Source: Candidatus Woesearchaeota archaeon
Lineage (GTDB): Archaea; Nanobdellota; Nanobdellia; Woesearchaeales; UBA11576
Assembly (NCBI GenBank): GCA_016929255.1
Contig: JAFGJH010000029.1
Coordinates: 375 to 64,374 of the forward strand
Length of the DNA: 64,000 nucleotides
Direction: 5' to 3'
Shown here: piece by piece, positions 58,525 to 64,000 of the stretch
How positions within the stretch are numbered: position 1 is the stretch's first letter
How the letters are laid out: every line of letters begins with the position of its first letter
Translations under genes and position numbers: made by a program
The notes under the pieces: generated by a model
What the model saw: only the letters and a program-made list of their open reading frames with translations
Database searches by the model: none
Told to the model about the DNA's origin: nothing

Positions 58525-60498
58525 ATGGAAACTGCAGCCAGACTGGAAGGAGAAATGAAAGAAGAATACAGACCAAAAGACATCGGCGAAATAGTCCAAG
58601 ACGCATACGCAGGCCAGACAGCGGTCCATATAGCAGGCCAGGCCAGCAGCCACGCCGCCTATCAGGCTGAATGCCCTGCTGACAACCACACAATCCATCT
58701 TGATCTTTCTGACATCGAAGTAATAAAGGAAAGGCAGCGTCCAAAAGTGACGGGCAAGTGCGTCGGCAACTCATACACCGCCCAGGAGATATTCAGGGTC
58801 ATGGAAGAGTGGTGCCGTGTCAAGCACCACGTCGCAATAACAGAAGCCCTGACCGCAGACGACAAGCAGGGGGGCTGCAGCATAACATACAAGGGGGAAT
58901 GCAGCGTGTATACCGGGCCGGAACAAGCGCTCCGGAACGCGATGATTGCCGTCGACAGGAGCCTTGAGGGCGAGAAGGCCCTGGATGACCTGAAGTTCCA
59001 GATCAGCGAGGAAGCATGCGGAAGGTATGTGATTGAAGAGGCATATGCCAAGACAGAACATTTCCCGGACTCCTATTTCAGGGATGACATCCCGCGAAGC
59101 GAACTTGGACTGCCTGAGTACTGGCCTGTATTCGGAGAGGAAGCGAACTTCCTCGCACTTGAGGAGACTGAAACTGCGCCAGGAAGGAGTAAACCTGACG
59201 TGATAGTCAGGATGTTCAGCGCGCTTTCGAAGATAGCAAGGAACAGCAAGGACGGATACTTCCATCTCAACCCCTACACCACAGAGCCCGTGTTTGTCAA
59301 AGCGATAACAAAGGCGGACGCTGACATGATATACGAGGAGCTGCACACGCATGTCATGCTCGACGGGAGGCATTCTGTACCGCCGCTCGTAGCCATCGAC
59401 GTGATAAAACTGCCCAACAGGGACACACCTGATGCTGATCCTGAACAGAGGGAGCATACCCTGCCCCTGCTCATAACCAGGTACATCGAAGGGACCACGC
59501 TCAATGAGCACATAAAGCAGAAGGGCCTCTCAGAGAGGGACACGCTTTCCCTTTACGCGAAGGTGGCCCGCGCAGTAGCGGGAATACATGATGCAGGAAT
59601 CACACACAGGGACATAAAGCCCAGAAACATCCTGGTCACCCCTGAAGGCGATGTGTTCATAGTCGACTATGGCACAGCGACCGAGAGCTATGACACCCCT
59701 CTGGACGCAGGAAGGCTCAACATGACACCATATTACTGCTCGCCAGAGCATCTTGAATGCGTGGTCGACCCGAAGATGGACATATTCTCGCTCGGCGCGT
59801 CATTCTGCGATACTCTCCTCGGCGCGAGCCCGTTCCACGAACTCGCGAAAAAGATCGAGGACCTCATAAGGCAGGGCAAGCGGCAGAGCGAGGTAGAGGC
59901 GCTGGCGAAGAAGACACCTGTCGATGTGGCAAAAGATCTCCTGAAAAAGCTCTACACGACATTGAAGCAGGAGGCATACATCTCAAAGGGAGGCGACGGA
60001 GAGCAGAGACTGACAATGCTGTCAGACGACCCGAAGAAGCAGGAAGAGCTTGAGGCAAAGCTCCAGAGCACATCAGAGAAGACAAGGGATGTCATATTCA
60101 AGTGCCTCAGAGGCGACATGAAGGACAGGTACAAAGACTGCTATGAGATTGCGACGGCTCTAGACGAGGCTGTCGACTACATGGACCAGCAGCTTTATGA
60201 GATTGTCCTGTATGCACTTGACAAGGACCCCATCTTCGGCAGGAACGCGGAAAGAAAAAGAAAAAGCAACAGAAGACCTTCGATAAGCATCCGCTCCCCT
60301 GAGAAAGAAGATTATGATGAAAGGCTGGCCGAGCTGGTGGCAAGAACATTCGACCTTGCCAAAGACGCCCCTGACAACAGGACTGACACACCAGGCATCT
60401 CAGAAGATAATAGCGACAACAGAGGCGGAGGGAAAGGATACCGCCAAGTGTTCAAAAAAGCAGAATCCTCCAAAAAAAGAAACAGCCACAGAAAGTGA
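58525..60498 (+). CDS. Hanks-type Ser/Thr protein kinase with long N-terminal region
   Basis: VFVK, TRYIEGTTL, HRDIKPRNIL, IVDYG, TPYYCSPE, DIFSLG, RY. Confidence 0.9.
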   Translation: METAARLEGEMKEEYRPKDIGEIVQDAYAGQTAVHIAGQASSHAAYQAECPADNHTIHLDLSDIEVIKERQRPKVTGKCVGNSYTAQEIFRVMEEWCRVKHHVAITEALTADDKQGGCSITYKGECSVYTGPEQALRNAMIAVDRSLEGEKALDDLKFQISEEACGRYVIEEAYAKTEHFPDSYFRDDIPRSELGLPEYWPVFGEEANFLALEETETAPGRSKPDVIVRMFSALSKIARNSKDGYFHLNPYTTEPVFVKAITKADADMIYEELHTHVMLDGRHSVPPLVAIDVIKLPNRDTPDADPEQREHTLPLLITRYIEGTTLNEHIKQKGLSERDTLSLYAKVARAVAGIHDAGITHRDIKPRNILVTPEGDVFIVDYGTATESYDTPLDAGRLNMTPYYCSPEHLECVVDPKMDIFSLGASFCDTLLGASPFHELAKKIEDLIRQGKRQSEVEALAKKTPVDVAKDLLKKLYTTLKQEAYISKGGDGEQRLTMLSDDPKKQEELEAKLQSTSEKTRDVIFKCLRGDMKDRYKDCYEIATALDEAVDYMDQQLYEIVLYALDKDPIFGRNAERKRKSNRRPSISIRSPEKEDYDERLAELVARTFDLAKDAPDNRTDTPGISEDNSDNRGGGKGYRQVFKKAESSKKRNSHRK

Positions 60499-60534
60499 TG
60501 GGTTACAGATTAATGGGTTACAGATGGATGACGG

Positions 60535-60726
60535 CTATCTTTTTCTGCCTTTGATTCGCGCAACCTTCTGTTGTACGAGCATCCAGATATCGCCCGCCTT
60601 GTCAGCCCTCAGGATCAGCATACCAAGGACAATCATCAGGACTCCCTGAAGAAGCGGAAGGAAAAGCCCTGCTATGCCGAGAAGGATAAGACCTGTGCCC
60701 AGCCCGTACTGCAACGCTTTCAGCAT
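60535..60726 (-). CDS. Small membrane protein (PGPGW-like 2-TM)
   Basis: GAGG RBS. LGIAGLFLPLLQGVLMIVLGMLIL. Confidence 0.72.
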   Translation of the reverse strand: MLKALQYGLGTGLILLGIAGLFLPLLQGVLMIVLGMLILRADKAGDIWMLVQQKVARIKGRKR

Positions 60727-60907
60727 TTTAAACCTCTTAAGGGCACATAATCAGGGGTCGTATTTAAAACTGAGCATAGGGACACAGGGACAGGCAGAGA
60801 GTGCGCAAAAACCCGCGTCAAGAGATTAAAATAGTCACTCGAGAGTGGTTACAAAACGAAAGGTTTAAATATGAGCAGCCCAACCAGACCGTATATATAA
60901 TGCTAAA

Positions 60908-61093
60908 AAAGGCGGGTGGACAGTTTTGAGCGCTTTAACTAAAAAACAGGGCAGAGCGCTTAAAAGATCCATGCACAAAATGTCCGGGCGACATTTTGGC
61001 ATCCTAAAATCCGCCTGCAAAAGGAAGTACCTGAGAAAGTGCCCGAACAAACCCCGCCTTTCAGTGCGGATCAGGGCAAATCCAGCGGATTTG
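60908..61093 (+). other. Structured 5' leader / candidate cis-regulatory RNA
   Basis: Follows TATATATAA. AAAGGCGGG/CCCGCCTTT closing stem with inner hairpins at 60924-60965 and 60976-60998. Confidence 0.5.
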
Positions 61094-61128
61094 ATGATAT
61101 TCAATAAAGTTGATAGGATGGTGAGAGA

Positions 61129-63606
61129 ATGTCTTTGGAAAAAAAACTAACCCACAGAAAAACTGCTGATGAGAACGCAGGGCTGACTGAGATGGCACAG
61201 GACACATTGTTCACAGGCCTAAGCAGCTTCATGATCAATGAGCAAAGGATGATATCTGAGAAGACAAGGCCAAGGAAGATAAAGCAGGCAGTGGCCCAGC
61301 ACATACAGTCAGCGCTGCCGCAGGGATATTTCGCAAGATCACAGCAAACAGCCATAGAGAACGCAGGATTTGACATATGGCAGGAATATCTGGCGATGAG
61401 CGACGAAGAGAAAGCAACACTCTCCCAAATCCCGACACATTCCCTCAAGGACAGGGTCGCCACAGCAGTCCAGCAATACTTCGAAAGGGCGCAGGACGCA
61501 GAGCACCCCACCAGAGTATACTCAAGATTCATGGCAGAGATCAGCGGCAGAGAGACTTCCAGGCCATTCTGGCAGAAGATGACAAGCGCCGCGGCAGCAC
61601 TCGCGCTTTTCGCGACACTGGGCCTGGCGGGATGCGCACCGAAGGTCACGGACTACAACGACGGCGGAGCATACCCTGACCCTCTTCCGACCATGAACAT
61701 GCATGTAGACGCAGGAACAGTATATGGATTTCCAGACGCCGACGCAGACGAACCTTTGCCAGGAGGGATAAGCGGCGACGGAAGCGGTGCATCAGAGGAC
61801 CTGTCTCTGCCAGCAACAGCACCACCAGACGAGCCTGAGCACCCTGATGAAGACATTGCCGAAAGCGACACAGTAACAACCCCTGCAGAAGGGACATCAG
61901 CTTCAACCGCACCAACTGCAGCTCCTGCAAGCTGCCTGACGGAAACAGTCATACAATTTGGCTACAACACACCCGCACTTACGCCTGAATCAAGGGCGAA
62001 GGTAAGGGAATATGTAAGGGATGCGCATGCCAACGGATTCGACAAGATATACGTCACCACTTTCAGGAGCATCGAGAGCCTGGATGACGGAAGAAACCCG
62101 CAGCTCGACGATGATGATTACAATGTCCGGCTCGGATGGCAGACAGCAGACACTGTCGCGGAAGCCGCTTCTGAGGAGAATGAAGCGCTCGGCAGCAGCA
62201 TCAGCGTCCTAAAGACAACATACGGCGAAGGAGCATCGCAAGGCCCCGGTCTCGCTGAGAACAGGATAGCCGTGCTTTCAACAGCGCCTCTGCCTGACCT
62301 CGACGCGGATCCAGAAGCAGCGGCAAGGATAAGAGGATACGCACGCGGCGTAATATACAGCAACTGCGGATCCACATCTGCAGCCTCAGCTACCGCGCCG
62401 GAAGCGATGCCCGAAGCAGGAACACCTCCTGCTGACACAAGCGCACCAGCACCGGCAGCTCCGGCAGCGCCCGCAGCAACCGCACACGCGCCGGCAGCGC
62501 ATGCGCCTGCGGCAGCACATCCTGCTGCTCCGGCACACGCGCCGTCTCACCCGGCAGTCACACCCGCCACACATATGGGCCCTGCCAATCTCAGCACGGC
62601 TCCTGACGGACACCCTGTCATAACAGCACCGAACGGCGCGGTCATAGACTACGGCACATTCGGCGCTGACCACCCTGCAGGGCCCGCATACGTCCTGCCC
62701 GAGGGCGCAGAGAGCGCGCCTTCTGCACCAGCAGCTGAACCGTCGACACCGACGCCTTCAGCAGAGCCTGCTGCCCCTGCAACAGAACCTGAAGCTGCAT
62801 TGCCAGCTCCCGCAGCACCTGCCGCACCCGCAGAGGAAGAGCCGCTCGCCGGCGAGGAGATACCTGCCAGCATCGTGGCAAGGACAAGCGCGCTCGAGGA
62901 GTTTGTCGAGAGCATGAGCGGAGAGCTGCACAACCTCCACTCATTCATGGACAAGATAGAAGGAGAGTGCTCACCCGGAGGGACAGGCAACACCCTCTGC
63001 GCAGTCGCGGAGCATGACAGCTACATCAACAGGTGCGGAGCTGACGGCAGCCCCAGGACGCCTTCAGCGCCCGGAGAGCTCACCGTCTGCCACGAGGCAC
63101 TGGTCAACGCAAACGCGCAATACGAAAACATAGTCCTTGACATAAACCTTATCTCCACCAATTATCAGGGACTGCTCAGTGAGCTTGAGGCCGCAGGCAT
63201 GGCCCCCGCAGATGTCGAAGGGCTTGAAGAGCTGGGAAACGCAATACGCAGCCTCGAGGCAGCTGTCGAGAGCAGCAGCGGCTCTGACACATCCTCTTCA
63301 AATGCGTACACGCCGCCAGGCAGCATGTACGCGGCACTGCTCGCAGAATACACGAGCACGGCAAGCGGCAGGAGGACTGTCGCAGAGCTGAGGAGCGAGG
63401 GACTGGATGACGCGCTCGCGCTCGTCCCGGCGATGCGCGGAGCGAGATCCACGATTGACGCAGCCCGCAGAGAGGCAAGAAGGGCTGATGCGTATGCGAT
63501 GTATGCAGGCGGAGCATCTGTGCGCGACATAGCTGCAGAGCACGACGTGAGCACAAGCACGGTATACAGGGACCTGAAGGCGTACGCAGAGACAAGACCT
63601 GCTTAG
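61129..63606 (+). CDS. Multidomain protein: internal TM/lipobox-like segment, OmpA-C-like domain, Pro/Ala-rich linker, C-terminal HTH
   Basis: LALFATLGLAGC; IQFGYNTPALT...YNVRLG..TA..V...YGEG...ENRIAV; C-terminal GASVRDIAAEHDVSTSTVYRDL. Confidence 0.7.
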   Translation: MSLEKKLTHRKTADENAGLTEMAQDTLFTGLSSFMINEQRMISEKTRPRKIKQAVAQHIQSALPQGYFARSQQTAIENAGFDIWQEYLAMSDEEKATLSQIPTHSLKDRVATAVQQYFERAQDAEHPTRVYSRFMAEISGRETSRPFWQKMTSAAAALALFATLGLAGCAPKVTDYNDGGAYPDPLPTMNMHVDAGTVYGFPDADADEPLPGGISGDGSGASEDLSLPATAPPDEPEHPDEDIAESDTVTTPAEGTSASTAPTAAPASCLTETVIQFGYNTPALTPESRAKVREYVRDAHANGFDKIYVTTFRSIESLDDGRNPQLDDDDYNVRLGWQTADTVAEAASEENEALGSSISVLKTTYGEGASQGPGLAENRIAVLSTAPLPDLDADPEAAARIRGYARGVIYSNCGSTSAASATAPEAMPEAGTPPADTSAPAPAAPAAPAATAHAPAAHAPAAAHPAAPAHAPSHPAVTPATHMGPANLSTAPDGHPVITAPNGAVIDYGTFGADHPAGPAYVLPEGAESAPSAPAAEPSTPTPSAEPAAPATEPEAALPAPAAPAAPAEEEPLAGEEIPASIVARTSALEEFVESMSGELHNLHSFMDKIEGECSPGGTGNTLCAVAEHDSYINRCGADGSPRTPSAPGELTVCHEALVNANAQYENIVLDINLISTNYQGLLSELEAAGMAPADVEGLEELGNAIRSLEAAVESSSGSDTSSSNAYTPPGSMYAALLAEYTSTASGRRTVAELRSEGLDDALALVPAMRGARSTIDAARREARRADAYAMYAGGASVRDIAAEHDVSTSTVYRDLKAYAETRPA

Positions 63607-63636
63607 AAACAGGACAAACAAGAGGTGCAGAAACAC

Positions 63637-64000
63637 ATGCCAGACCCTTTGAAAGTCAGGCCGCACAGGGCCGCTGAACTCATCCTGGAGGACATACTCA
63701 GTGATGAGGACAAAACAGCCAGCGCCAGGCGGGCGGCAGAGATGACAGCAGCGCTGTCCTTGAAGGACAGCTCAGACCCTGAATACACAACAGGAAATGT
63801 CGTGCTCAACAGGGCATACGAGACACCGCTGGAGGGGATCAGCGGGATGCGGGCAGCATTCAAGACCAAGCTCTACGCACCGCTCGGATTCATCATGCAA
63901 GGCACGGAAACACCTGAAGAGCATGACTGGCTTGACGACTATGATATATTCTTTGTCCAGAGCATGCAGATGATACAGCAACTCGGCAGGCTTGCGAAAG
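63637..64000 (+). CDS. Hypothetical protein, partial (runs off the right edge)
   Basis: GAGGTG RBS before ATG 63637. Open frame MPDPLKVRPHRAAELILEDIL... to the end of the window. Confidence 0.7.
   Translation, partial: MPDPLKVRPHRAAELILEDILSDEDKTASARRAAEMTAALSLKDSSDPEYTTGNVVLNRAYETPLEGISGMRAAFKTKLYAPLGFIMQGTETPEEHDWLDDYDIFFVQSMQMIQQLGRLAK

Noticed and set aside
60498-60525. 13-bp tandem duplication ATGGGTTACAGAT
   Set aside because: Only two copies between convergent genes. Probably slippage, not an array.
60926-61150. 74-aa basic ORF
   Set aside because: TTG start without an RBS. Better explained as a structured leader.

Overview
Archaeal chromosome segment, inferred to be DPANN and probably Woesearchaeota-like. 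The basis is archaeal S19e/L39e/L31e, Cbf5, Taw3, a Dph2 fragment, BHB-intron tRNAs, and long charged tails on ribosomal proteins. From left to right it holds: surface proteins (CARDB-type and a 2055-aa beta-helix/Ig-like protein), Lhr helicase with a ~100-aa insertion, a Ser/Thr kinase, a ribosomal/Cbf5 cluster, a LysM protein, a degenerate archaeal PEP carboxylase, a divergent RtcB-like protein, RNA-modification genes, and an HDAC with a histone-H1-like tail. Next come tRNA-Ala(CGC) and tRNA-Pro(CGG), both with non-canonical introns. A ~10-kb integrative island follows (about 31.8-41.8 kb). It carries a single-chain restriction-modification enzyme coupled to a bacterial-type SAM synthetase (MetK), a membrane-anchored PD-(D/E)xK nuclease, an unknown AT-rich gene pair and a tyrosine integrase. 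Further right are a five-gene cluster with two complementary-degenerate nucleotidyltransferase-HEPN proteins around a TIM-barrel protein, a second kinase, and an OmpA-like/HTH protein behind a structured leader. The best candidates for undescribed systems are the RM+MetK module and the MNT-HEPN/TIM-barrel cluster. All assignments come from motifs read by eye. No database searches were run.
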